Shown: positions 1 to 9,073 of the stretch, piece by piece | Layout of the letters: the number at the start of each line of letters is the position of its first letter | How positions within the stretch are numbered: the stretch's first letter is position 1 | Assembly: GCA_963777505.1 (NCBI GenBank) | Contig: CAVZQN010000008.1 | Coordinates: 192,001-256,000 of the forward strand | Source of the DNA: an uncultured bacterium | GTDB taxonomy: Bacteria > Acidobacteriota > HRBIN11 > JAKEFK01 | Length of the DNA: 64,000 bases | Direction: 5' to 3' | The notes under the pieces: model-generated | Databases searched by the model: none | What the model was told of the DNA's origin: nothing | The model's input: the letters and a program-made list of their open reading frames with translations, nothing else | Program-made: the position numbers and the translations under genes

Positions 1-62
1 GGTAAAAACCGCCGCAATGGGATCGCATTCATAGCTTCCATTATAAATAAAGTCAAAAACAG

Positions 63-105
63 TTGACTCCATTGAGGTATTTTGGTATATTTATACCAAA
101 GTACC
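63..105 (+). promoter_or_regulatory. sigma70-type promoter overlapped by a palindromic operator
   Basis: TTGACT (63-68), 17 nt, TATATT (86-91). Inverted repeat TTTGGTATA-TT-TATACCAAA (81-100) extends to GGTA...TACC (76-105). Confidence 0.65.
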
Positions 106-127
106 AGACGGGAGGTTACTTACTACG

Positions 128-415
128 ATGAGTCCCAAGGTGCCAAAGAAAAAAGCGGAAGATCTTCTTGTGATTGAACGAGTTCAAACTGGAGTCCGTC
201 TTGAGAAACGGATTTTGAAGGTACTCAAAGCTCTTGCTGAATACTATGACATGACGCTTGGTGACCTTCTGGAAGGAATCATACTTCACACTTTTGATGG
301 TAAAACTCCGTTTTCTTCAGAGTCACTCGCTCACATAAAAGAACTAAAACGGATTTACAAATTAGATCTTGATTCAAGTCACAGTCACAAATTGCGCGAA
401 CAATCAACAAACTAA
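128..415 (+). CDS. small conserved hypothetical protein, probable ribbon-helix-helix DNA-binding protein
   Basis: GGAGG RBS. Beta-strand RVQTGVRL followed by two amphipathic helices (KRILKVLKALAE, TLGDLLEGII). Confidence 0.6.
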   Translation: MSPKVPKKKAEDLLVIERVQTGVRLEKRILKVLKALAEYYDMTLGDLLEGIILHTFDGKTPFSSESLAHIKELKRIYKLDLDSSHSHKLREQSTN

Positions 416-420
416 GGAGA

Positions 421-828
421 TTGAAAATGCAACTGACAGAAACCGAATTCGTCAAACAATTCGAAGCTGCCACTTTGCCGCCGGAAGACTTTCATCACAC
501 AGAACATGTGCGAATAGCCTGGATTTACATCAGGGATTATCCGGCACTTGAGGCTCTACAACGGTTCTGTAAGTATTTAAAACAATTTGCGGCAGCAAAT
601 GGGCATCACAACCTCTATCACGAAACAATTACATGGGCATACTTTCTACTCATTCAAGAAAGGATTCAAAAGAGTAAAGGAATAACGTGGGAACTTTTTG
701 TGGAGGCGAATAAAGATTTATTGGATTGGAAAAACTCAATTCTGAAAAAATACTACAGCGATCAAACTCTGAAATCGGACCTCGCCAGATCAGTATTCGT
801 TTTTCCTGACTTACCTATCTCCGCCTGA
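421..828 (+). CDS. conserved hypothetical protein (FHHxEHVRIAW / YHETITW motifs)
   Basis: AAGGAG RBS, follows the preceding gene closely, His-rich conserved-looking motifs. Confidence 0.7.
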   Translation: MKMQLTETEFVKQFEAATLPPEDFHHTEHVRIAWIYIRDYPALEALQRFCKYLKQFAAANGHHNLYHETITWAYFLLIQERIQKSKGITWELFVEANKDLLDWKNSILKKYYSDQTLKSDLARSVFVFPDLPISA

Positions 829-838
829 TCCGAATCTT

Positions 839-2188
839 CTAGTTGGTTCTACGCTTTTTTGATTTCTTTTTTGTGGCTGCTTCCTCTTTTAAGCGTTGGA
901 CGGTTTCAAGATGACGGATCGCATCTTCATTCTCTGGATCCAGCTTCAAAATCTCATTCAATTCTTCAATGCTCTTATCGTAAAAACCGTTTCTGCTGTA
1001 ATTGAGTGCAAGATTCCACTTACTTCGAATCAAAACGTTGTTAACCTTTTGAGGCTCCTCCACGGGAGTGTTTTCTTGAACTGGAGCTGGAGCGCCCGGT
1101 TGCGGTTTAGCCGTTTCGACGATGGGCTTATCATTGCCCGACATAAAGAAACCGATCAAAGCGATTGCTGAAATCAGTACAGCAGCAACAGGCAAATAAA
1201 TCTTACGGACTTTGACGGGTAATTTTTTCCATGTAGAAATGTGTGGCAGCGGTGGCGGCACTGTCGTTGACATTGCAGGATTGGTTACTTCTTTTGCAAT
1301 ATTCGTAGCACGTACGCTTTCAAGTCCGTCCAGTTCCGAAAAGCCTCCGCTAATTCCATCCATCTTTTTCAAGTCCTGGATTAGATCAGCGCCGCTTGAG
1401 TAACGTTTTGCAGGATCCTTTGCAAGCAACCGCTGCAAGATTTCATTGCAGGGTTCTGGAACAGCTGGATTGATTGTGCGAGGTGGGAGCGGATCAACGT
1501 GAACAATCTTGTAGGAGATTGAAGTAAAACTGTCTCCGGAAAATGGTCTCTCACCCGTTAACATCAAGTAATAAATGACTCCAAGTGAAAAAAGATCGCT
1601 TCTTCCATCAACTGCTGATTTGCCTTCAATCTGTTCAGGAGACATGTAATTCGGTGTGCCCATGAATTGTCCGCTTTTTGTAAGGTCTGAACTTGCCATT
1701 CGAGCAATTCCGAAATCCATGATTTTCGATTTCAGTCCTGGAAGCAGCATGATGTTTGCACTCTTCACATCTCGATGGACGACTTGCTGTCTGTGTGCAT
1801 AGTTGAGTGCATCAGCCATTTGCATAATGACTTGATTCACATCCTCGAGCGGAAGCAACAAGCCTTGTGCCAGCATTTCTTGCAACGTCGTTCCTTCCAA
1901 ATATTCCATAACGATAAACGGAGTGCCTGTTTCTTTGTCTTCATCGACGTCATAAATGGTGACTATATTTGGATGATTCAGTTTGCCTGCCGCTTTTGCT
2001 TCACGATAAAAACGGTTGAGATAAAGCTGCTTTTCTTCGTCGGTTACTGCAAATGACAGCTGAATTGCTTTGATTCCGACTTCCCTTTCGATGACAGGAT
2101 CATCCGCTTTGTAAACCACACCCATCGCTCCGCGGCCAATTTCACGGATGATATGATAGCGGCCTAATTTCTTGGGGGTGTCGTTCAT
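839..2188 (-). CDS. membrane-anchored Hanks-type Ser/Thr protein kinase with C-terminal TPR-like region
   Basis: GRGAMG, HRDVKSANIML, DFGIAR and GTPNYMSPE motifs, TM helix LPVAAVLISAIALIGFF. Start placed at ATG 2188 (ORF is open to 2245). Confidence 0.93.
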   Translation of the reverse strand: MNDTPKKLGRYHIIREIGRGAMGVVYKADDPVIEREVGIKAIQLSFAVTDEEKQLYLNRFYREAKAAGKLNHPNIVTIYDVDEDKETGTPFIVMEYLEGTTLQEMLAQGLLLPLEDVNQVIMQMADALNYAHRQQVVHRDVKSANIMLLPGLKSKIMDFGIARMASSDLTKSGQFMGTPNYMSPEQIEGKSAVDGRSDLFSLGVIYYLMLTGERPFSGDSFTSISYKIVHVDPLPPRTINPAVPEPCNEILQRLLAKDPAKRYSSGADLIQDLKKMDGISGGFSELDGLESVRATNIAKEVTNPAMSTTVPPPLPHISTWKKLPVKVRKIYLPVAAVLISAIALIGFFMSGNDKPIVETAKPQPGAPAPVQENTPVEEPQKVNNVLIRSKWNLALNYSRNGFYDKSIEELNEILKLDPENEDAIRHLETVQRLKEEAATKKKSKKRRTN

Positions 2189-2275
2189 GGTATGATCGAA
2201 ACGCTGATTTGATGCAGTGTTTGAAGACTGTAAATTATCCTCCACGCATCCGGGTGTGTCAAGTAAACGTTACTG

Positions 2276-3043
2276 ATGACTGACGAACTTTTCACTCGAA
2301 ATTTCCTATCCCTTTTAAAGCGAAGTCAACGAGTCATGGTTTCAACCGGTGCTGGCATTTCTGCCGAAAGCGGCGGTCGTACCTTCCGTGGTTTAAACGG
2401 TCTCTGGAAAGATTTTAACCCAGAAGAGTACGCAACGCCTGAGGCTTTTGATAATAATCCGAAGAAAGTTTGGGAATTTTACGAATGGCGGCGTCAAAAA
2501 TACAAAAACATGGCCCCGAATGGGGGTCATCTTGCAGTTGCTGAGCTTGAGACTATGTTCCCTCAGTACTGGCTATTCACTCAAAATGTAGATGGTTTGC
2601 ATCAGAAAGCAGGCAGCAAAAACATATATGAATTGCACGGAAGCCTCTGGCGCGCAAAATGCGTACACGAGGGCACAAGCCGGCCGTTTCTTGAAACACC
2701 ATTGCTTGAGATCCCGCCTAAGTGTGAATGCGGTGCTTTGCTGCGACCAGATGTTGTTTGGTTTGGTGAAGCTTTGCCCCATGATTTGATTGACATGGCG
2801 ATGGAAAAAGCTGCGATGTGTGATGTGTTTTTCTTAATTGGAACATCAGCAACCGTTCAACCTGCAGCTTCACTTGCATGGATTGCTCAAGAAAACGGAG
2901 CAATCGTTATCGAAGTTAATCCTGAATCGACACCTGCAACCGAAATAGCACACGAAAGTTTCCGCGGAAATGCAGGTACAATTTTGCCGCGGCTTGTTGA
3001 GGCATTGAGAGTTCACGATGAAGAGACCAGTACTGCACATTGA
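2276..3043 (+). CDS. cobB: NAD-dependent protein deacylase (sirtuin, class III-like)
   Basis: TGAGISAESG, TQNVDGLH, ELHGS, RPDVVWFGE and IGTS motifs, YxxR (YEWR). Confidence 0.92.
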   Translation: MTDELFTRNFLSLLKRSQRVMVSTGAGISAESGGRTFRGLNGLWKDFNPEEYATPEAFDNNPKKVWEFYEWRRQKYKNMAPNGGHLAVAELETMFPQYWLFTQNVDGLHQKAGSKNIYELHGSLWRAKCVHEGTSRPFLETPLLEIPPKCECGALLRPDVVWFGEALPHDLIDMAMEKAAMCDVFFLIGTSATVQPAASLAWIAQENGAIVIEVNPESTPATEIAHESFRGNAGTILPRLVEALRVHDEETSTAH

Positions 3044-4190
3044 AGCATCTTCCGGAGTATCCGGAGATATGATGCTGGGCGCCTTTCTCGATCTTGGGAT
3101 TCCGGTGGAAACTTTGTACAGCGCGTGGAACTCTCTTCGTCTGGACAATTATGAAGCCGAAATTTTTGAAACGACCAAGAGCGGCATGCGTGCACTTCGA
3201 TGCCGAATCAAAACGGATGAATCACAAGGACCTCGAAGTTGGAAAGAGTATGAAAAACTTCTGAAGACTTCAAGATTAAAACCGGTGATACGCGATACGG
3301 CACTAAAATTGTGCCATCGTCTTTTTGAAGTAGAAAGTGAATTTCATGCCATTCCTCTTACACGGCTGCATCTCCACGAAATGGGAGGAACTGACTTATT
3401 GCTCGATGTAGTTGGTACTCTTGCCGCTGTTGAATTTATGAAACCACTATTCATTACAGCATCAGCAGTGAATACGGGTCACGGTTTTATTCGCTTCTCA
3501 CACGGACATTATCCAGTTCCGGCACCCGCAACTACAAAATTATTGGAAGGCGTTCCTGTTTTCCAGAATGAAGTGAGCGGTGAACTTGCAACACCCACCG
3601 GAGCATTGTTGATAAAACATCTCGCAAATTCATTCGGATCCATGCCTGTTATGTCGCTCGAAAAAACTGGGATCGGTGCGGGAGAGCGTGATACTTCACC
3701 TCATCCAAATGTGCTTCGTATTTTTCAGGGAAACGTTGAAGAATCTACTGCAAACTATGAAGATATATATCTGGTGGAATCAAACATCGATGATTGCAAT
3801 CCTCAAATCCTTTCCTACTTCATGGAAAAAGCCTTTGAGCAAGGAGCGCTGGACGTTTTCTTCACTCCGATCTTCATGAAAAAGAACCGTCCTGCGATCA
3901 GGCTTTCTTTGTTAACTCCATTTTCACGATTGGAAGACCTGATCCGTTTGTTGTTCGCGGAAACTACGGCAATCGGTGTGCGTTATTGGAAGGTTGAAAG
4001 ACAGAAGCTCGAACGGAAATGGAAAGAAGTTAGAATTTGGAAGAATGTCATAAAAATCAAAGAAAGTTATATGGATGGAAAACTTTATAATTACCAGCCT
4101 GAATATGAAGATTGCAAAACTTTGGCGCAAAAGCTAAATAAGCCGTTAAAAGAAGTAATAGCCGCTGCAATCCAAGCTTACCGAAAGTAG
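3018..4190 (+). CDS. larC: nickel pincer cofactor biosynthesis protein LarC
   Basis: SGVSGDMMLGA, HLHEMG, PVPAPAT, GELATPTGA, SNIDD, MKKNRP and PEYEDC motifs. Confidence 0.92.
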   Translation: MKRPVLHIEASSGVSGDMMLGAFLDLGIPVETLYSAWNSLRLDNYEAEIFETTKSGMRALRCRIKTDESQGPRSWKEYEKLLKTSRLKPVIRDTALKLCHRLFEVESEFHAIPLTRLHLHEMGGTDLLLDVVGTLAAVEFMKPLFITASAVNTGHGFIRFSHGHYPVPAPATTKLLEGVPVFQNEVSGELATPTGALLIKHLANSFGSMPVMSLEKTGIGAGERDTSPHPNVLRIFQGNVEESTANYEDIYLVESNIDDCNPQILSYFMEKAFEQGALDVFFTPIFMKKNRPAIRLSLLTPFSRLEDLIRLLFAETTAIGVRYWKVERQKLERKWKEVRIWKNVIKIKESYMDGKLYNYQPEYEDCKTLAQKLNKPLKEVIAAAIQAYRK

Positions 4191-4193
4191 CAA

Positions 4194-4253
4194 TTTGTAA
4201 CGCCGGCCTCTGGCCGGCTCCTAGCTCTGCGCCTCTGCGGTTGGTCGTACAAA
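4194..4253. repeat. REP-like composite palindromic element
   Basis: TGTAAC-GCCGGCCTCTGGCCGGC hairpin plus CTCTGCGCCTCTGCGGTT. Inverted relative of 10033..10081, lying between convergent genes. Confidence 0.65.
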
Positions 4254-4255
4254 CC

Positions 4256-5716
4256 CTAATTAGACTTGTCCCTGTAGTTTAACGGCGGTTTTTTGTCTGC
4301 AGGAATTCTTGAACGATACTCCCGATTTCCCTTTCGAAGTTTGAAATTGGCTTTTGCGCGGTCAACCAGTTTTGGATCCGTGAGTAAATCCATAGCTGTT
4401 AGTGCAATTGTTTTTGCGGCTACCACCATTCCTTTCCTTCCGACACTCGATCCGGAACAAGCCACTGCTTGCCACGTATGTGCTGGAGTTCCAGGAACCC
4501 ATGTAGCAGCATCAAAATCCGCGACTGGAACGTTCCAGCTTACGTCCCCAACATCAGTTGATCCGGTCGAAGTATCAGCACGAATGGGTTGTATCTTCGA
4601 TTCACTTCCAAGTGGCGGCGCATCTTCAAGATCGATCGTTTTTCGTAACTTTTCCGCAAACACAATTTCTTCCGGAGTGTATTTTACGCCGCCAACCGTC
4701 TTTAGGTTTTTATCGACAACCTCTACAAGAACGTCATTCGGAAGCATGCTATAGCTGCTATGAATAATTTCCATAGACATCTTTGTCTCTGTCGCGAGCG
4801 CTCCAGCTTCAGCACACTTTTTGATCCTTTCCCAAATTCCATCCACTGTGTCCATTTCAGGATGGCGTGCATATAAAAAGACTTCTGCAAAATCAGGCAC
4901 AACATTTGGTGCTCCGCCACCATTTGTAATTACATAATGAATCCTGGTAGTTGTAGGCACATGTTCACGAAGCAAATCTACAGCGTGAGTCATCACCTGG
5001 ACTGCATCCAATGCAGAACGTCCTTTATCTGGAGATGCAGAAGCATGTGCCGCAACTCCTGAAAAACGGAATTTAGCGCTGATATTCGCAAGTGAAGGCC
5101 GCTTGCTCGCCTGATTTTCATCTCCAGGATGCCATGCGATAACAACATCACAATCGTTAAATAATCCAGCACGCACAAGATATGCTTTTCCGCTTCCTCC
5201 TTCTTCCGCCGGAGTTCCATAAAGCCGAATTGTTCCTTTCAATTTCTTTTGCGACATCATTTCTTTTACTGCAACAGCAGCTTGTAACGCTGCTGTTCCA
5301 AATAAATTGTGACCGCACCCATGACCTGGCGCTCCATTCGTTCGAACCTTCTTCTCAGGAACATCTTCCTGCGATAAGCCTGGAAGCGCATCAAATTCTG
5401 CAAGAATTCCGATCACAGGGCTTCCGGATCCCCAGCTTGCAACAAAGGCAGTAGGAATTTCTGCAACACCTTCCTGGATTTCAAAGCCCGCGCTGCGAAG
5501 TTCGGACTTTAACAATTCCGAACTTTGGGTTTCTTTGTATCCAACTTCAGCAAATTCCCAAATTTTCCGCGACACTTCCCCAAAATGATCCGCATTCTTG
5601 TTTATAGATTCGATCATCGCTTGACGATCATCCGTGGAAAATGACTCCGACGCGCTTACATGAAAAGAAAAAAGAGGAACGCAAAACAGCAGAATGATGA
5701 AAAGACTCTTATTCAA
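4256..5716 (-). CDS. exported M20 family amidohydrolase (AbgB-like)
   Basis: Signal peptide, AEFDALPG, HGCGHN, GTPAEEG, WHP and GSTDVGDVSW motifs. Confidence 0.9.
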   Translation of the reverse strand: MNKSLFIILLFCVPLFSFHVSASESFSTDDRQAMIESINKNADHFGEVSRKIWEFAEVGYKETQSSELLKSELRSAGFEIQEGVAEIPTAFVASWGSGSPVIGILAEFDALPGLSQEDVPEKKVRTNGAPGHGCGHNLFGTAALQAAVAVKEMMSQKKLKGTIRLYGTPAEEGGSGKAYLVRAGLFNDCDVVIAWHPGDENQASKRPSLANISAKFRFSGVAAHASASPDKGRSALDAVQVMTHAVDLLREHVPTTTRIHYVITNGGGAPNVVPDFAEVFLYARHPEMDTVDGIWERIKKCAEAGALATETKMSMEIIHSSYSMLPNDVLVEVVDKNLKTVGGVKYTPEEIVFAEKLRKTIDLEDAPPLGSESKIQPIRADTSTGSTDVGDVSWNVPVADFDAATWVPGTPAHTWQAVACSGSSVGRKGMVVAAKTIALTAMDLLTDPKLVDRAKANFKLRKGNREYRSRIPADKKPPLNYRDKSN

Positions 5717-5741
5717 GGGACCTCCCGGAAGAATTTGAGGA

Positions 5742-6206
5742 TTACTTCAACAGAAATTTTAGTTTAGGACCGGTAAATATGAAACCCTGTTTTTCGTAAA
5801 AGCCTCTTGTGCGCTCCCAGCGCTCAGACTCAGGGGCAGTAACGTCAATACGCGCCCAGCCTTTTTTCCTGCCGTACTCTATCGCTGCTTGAATCAGCAT
5901 CGCTCCAATACCAGCCGAGCGATAGGCAGGATCTGTGTACATTTCATTGATGATGCCGTAATTGCCATTTGCATAGATTGCGAAAGTCTCTGCTAAAGTC
6001 AGAATTCCAACAATCTTTTCTTCAGGATTCTTAGCAGCGAACACCTTGAAACGATCTGAAGAGTTTTTCCATTCTTTCAATACCTTTTCGTGTGATAACT
6101 CTCCGAGTTCATCTCCTTCTTCGCCTAGCTCTACAAGTAGTTTTAACACTTCATCAAAAACAACATTCGCTTCATCTACACTCAATTTCACAATCCGTAT
6201 ATTCAT
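5742..6206 (-). CDS. GNAT family N-acetyltransferase
   Basis: YRSAGIGAML acetyl-CoA loop, FYEKQGF. Confidence 0.88.
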   Translation of the reverse strand: MNIRIVKLSVDEANVVFDEVLKLLVELGEEGDELGELSHEKVLKEWKNSSDRFKVFAAKNPEEKIVGILTLAETFAIYANGNYGIINEMYTDPAYRSAGIGAMLIQAAIEYGRKKGWARIDVTAPESERWERTRGFYEKQGFIFTGPKLKFLLK

Positions 6207-6208
6207 CG

Positions 6209-6676
6209 TTAAAGTTTTAACTCCATGTATGCAGTGCCTGAAATGGGATTGTAACGATACGCGTCAATTTCATAAAAGCCGAGTGACTTATACAACATTT
6301 TTGCACGTTCCATTGTTGGCAGAGTATCCAGCCGCATGAATTTATATCCCGCATTGCGGGCACGCTCAATGATCGACTCCGCAAGAGTTCTCCCTAACTT
6401 TGTACCACGCCATTCCGGACGCACATAGAGGCGTTTCATTTCGCATGAATTATTTCCAAGGCTGCGCATGGCCACACAACCCGCCGATTTACCCTCTTCA
6501 ACTGCGAGCAGCAAAGCACCTTCAGGTGGTGTATACGCTCCTGGAAGTTCAGCCAGTTCTTTATCAAAACCCTGGAAGTCTAATGGAGTCCCAAGCGACT
6601 CAGCATATTCAAGGAACAAGCTTCGGATTTCATTTAGAAATTGGCCCTCATGAGCATCAATGATTCTGATCGTCAT
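6209..6676 (-). CDS. GNAT family N-acetyltransferase
   Basis: CEMKRLYVRPEWRGTKLG, RLDTLPTM, LYKSLGF. Confidence 0.92.
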   Translation of the reverse strand: MTIRIIDAHEGQFLNEIRSLFLEYAESLGTPLDFQGFDKELAELPGAYTPPEGALLLAVEEGKSAGCVAMRSLGNNSCEMKRLYVRPEWRGTKLGRTLAESIIERARNAGYKFMRLDTLPTMERAKMLYKSLGFYEIDAYRYNPISGTAYMELKL

Positions 6677-7380
6677 ACTTCAATTTCTGGATTGTTTTTA
6701 TTGATGATCGCCGGTTTGATGTTTCCTTTGCAAAATTTACGGATAAGAGTCGCAAGTTCTTCGATGATTTCATTTAGTTTCGCGTTGTCTACAGGCGGAA
6801 GCGCTTCAATGACTAAAATCGCGTTGCGCGTATTGTCAGATAATTTTGTTCTGTCGGCTTCCTTCCAATTCCATCTTCTGCAAATTGCACCGGTCGTATC
6901 CTTATATATAACCTCACCGTTTTTTGGAGAGCGCGCCTCAGGTTCACCAAGGAGCTTCACGGCTGGTTCATTTTCGCTCGCAAAGGTTAACTCAATATCG
7001 CCTTCAATTTTATCGAGATCTTCACCGCCGGCAGGCACAATATGCTTGAGTGAAATCATGTTGTAGAGATCAACAAGCATGTTGATATGAGGAAGCGAAT
7101 AGCCCTTAATGACACGTTTGATTAAGTTCTCAACCGAAGAGGGATAATCTTTCGGCTTTGCGCCGAATTTTCTGTAAGCCTCGCGCCATGGAGAAATTTG
7201 GGGATGTTCACTCACCTGCTGGTTTACAAAACGTTCCCGGACTTGAGTTTCTTCACGATGCAAACTCTCCAAAACTTCCGCGCTTTCTGAAGAGTTATCA
7301 ATTTCACGGGCTGAAATAACACCGATGAGAACATCGGGAAATGTCGCGAAGATTTTTTCTGAAACGAAAAGCTTTGTCAT
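6673..7380 (-). CDS. B3/4 domain protein (PheT B3/B4-like trans-editing family)
   Basis: WREAYRKFG, PSSVENL, INMLVDLYN, GGEDLD and CRRWNW motifs. Confidence 0.9.
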   Translation of the reverse strand: MTKLFVSEKIFATFPDVLIGVISAREIDNSSESAEVLESLHREETQVRERFVNQQVSEHPQISPWREAYRKFGAKPKDYPSSVENLIKRVIKGYSLPHINMLVDLYNMISLKHIVPAGGEDLDKIEGDIELTFASENEPAVKLLGEPEARSPKNGEVIYKDTTGAICRRWNWKEADRTKLSDNTRNAILVIEALPPVDNAKLNEIIEELATLIRKFCKGNIKPAIINKNNPEIEV

Positions 7381-7425
7381 TCATAAATTATAAAAGCGAA
7401 CTACTGTGTGGAATAGATACAGTTA

Positions 7426-8382
7426 TTATGAACAATTTTCGCCTTGTGCACCCTTCGGCCAGGCACCTGAAAGGAAAGTATCCACAGCATAGAAAAAAGT
7501 TTCAGGTTGTTCGACGAATGGCCAGTGTCCTGCTTTAGGAATCACAAAAAGGCAAGCATTTGGGAAACCAGTAACCCAATCCCGTGCGCCTTCGATTGGA
7601 ATTGAATCTTCCGCACCATGAATGACAAGCCGTTGTACATTCAGATTCTTCAGATCAGGCATCAGATTTATGCCTTCGACCGTTGGAATGAGCGCTTCAA
7701 AGTATGATCCCAAATTAGTTGGCCATTCATTTGGATACTTACACACATCCGGATGATCTTTCGATTTGGCAGGATCAAAAAAAGTCGTCGGCTGCATGAT
7801 ACTTGCTTCGGCCCTGCAATAACCTTCAGGATCATTTTTCCATGTTCCTGCTTCTCTTTTGGTACGCAATTCAGCGAGAGCTTTTTCATCGATGTTTTTC
7901 ATTCGACCATTCATCATTCGTTCCATGTAATCCTTTGATACCGGAGGAAGAGCGGCAACTTGAATCAGTTTCGACACTCTTTTGGGATAACGCACCGCAT
8001 AAACTGCAAATTCTTTTCCCATTCCGGACCAGCCCAGGAGAATCATCTTTTCTAATCCCATCGCTTTGCGCAGATCTTCCAAATCATTCACTTGATGGTC
8101 AAGTCCAACCTGTGTACCCTTTACTGAATCGGACCGTCCGCGTCCGCGTGCATCATAAAAAATGACTCGCCGCGTTTGAGCTAAAGGCTTTAACCCCTCT
8201 TCATTTAGAAATCCACCCGATACGACAATAGTTTCAGAACCTGAACCTTCAATGTGGTAATAAATACGAACTCCATCCCGAGCTTTCACAAAACCTTCGA
8301 GCGGAGTTTTTTCTTGCGCTATAGCCTGCGCATCCAGGATAAAAAAGAAATAAACACAAAGAACAATTAAGACTGGACGCAT
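7426..8382 (-). CDS. exported alpha/beta hydrolase (proline iminopeptidase-like)
   Basis: Signal peptide, YDARGRGRS, nucleophile elbow GWSGMG, HGAED and AGHWPF. Confidence 0.85.
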   Translation of the reverse strand: MRPVLIVLCVYFFFILDAQAIAQEKTPLEGFVKARDGVRIYYHIEGSGSETIVVSGGFLNEEGLKPLAQTRRVIFYDARGRGRSDSVKGTQVGLDHQVNDLEDLRKAMGLEKMILLGWSGMGKEFAVYAVRYPKRVSKLIQVAALPPVSKDYMERMMNGRMKNIDEKALAELRTKREAGTWKNDPEGYCRAEASIMQPTTFFDPAKSKDHPDVCKYPNEWPTNLGSYFEALIPTVEGINLMPDLKNLNVQRLVIHGAEDSIPIEGARDWVTGFPNACLFVIPKAGHWPFVEQPETFFYAVDTFLSGAWPKGAQGENCS

Positions 8383-8497
8383 ATGACCGCCTCCTTTGTT
8401 TCAATTAATGTAATCTTGAGGAAGCTATGCTGATAAGTAATTTGGCTCAGTCCGAGAAAATTGTTCCTTAGAATGATCGATTTGCGTGTTGAATCGC

Positions 8498-8993
8498 TTA
8501 GCTATGAACGTCGAAGTAGTAGAGATAATCGGTCATACATGGGTTTGCCCCATGCGACCGAAGAAGAGTTGTAACCTGACCGCGATGATACGTAGAGTGA
8601 TTTACAAGATGCTGAAATATTTGGACCATCGTGTATTTCCAGATTTCACCGCTGAAAATTTGTGTACGCAATTACTTTTTCCAAAGACTCCTCAGAGGCG
8701 CTTTCGACAAGCTTCTTTAGTTCCTGATCGACTTCAGCCCATCGAACGCGCATTGAGTTTAAGTCAGGAAATTCTTGAGGGTTCATCATTTGCTTTGGGG
8801 AAATTCCATTGCAGCGTTTCATCATCACCCATTCTGCGGAAAGAATATGCGTTAAAGTATCTCGAACGGAACGATAGCTGCTTGCGACGTCTTCTGTGAA
8901 CTTTTCAGGCGGCAAAGAGGCGACGGCATCTAATATGCAGCCATTTGCCCAACGGTTGTATGCAAATAAAGTCTGAACATCGGTTGGATTCAT
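8498..8993 (-). pseudogene. DinB/YfiT family protein interrupted by a +1 frameshift near 8655-8658 (pseudogene or assembly error)
   Basis: N-half has YNRWAN and TLTHILSAE. The C-half continues in another frame as FSGEIWKYTMVQIFQHLVNHSTYHRGQVTTLLR...DYLYYFDVHS* (TAA 8498-8500). Confidence 0.85.
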
Positions 8994-9006
8994 AGTACCC
9001 TCACAT

Positions 9007-9073
9007 GTGGGCGGGTCTAAGACACGCCCGTGTAGAATCAACCTCTACTCGCGGGCGGGTTAGACGCCCCTAC
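9007..9073. repeat. GTAG-type REP-like inverted repeat pair
   Basis: GTGGGCGGGTCTAAGACACGCCC ... GGGCGGGTTAGACGCCCCTAC. Overlaps the 3' end of the upstream gene. Confidence 0.6.

Noticed and set aside
1-32. Start of a minus-strand gene (MNAIPLRRFL...) leaving the window
   Set aside because: Only 10 codons are visible, too few to identify.
2276-4190. Sirtuin-larC overlap as a defence or novel system
   Set aside because: The sirtuin has ordinary CobB motifs rather than a defence SIR2 architecture, and isolated larC genes are common. Nothing beyond adjacency supports a link.
8646-8648. TGA ending the DinB ORF as a second selenocysteine codon
   Set aside because: The DinB C-terminal motif (HLVNHSTYHRGQ) continues in a different frame, so this is a frameshift and not read-through.
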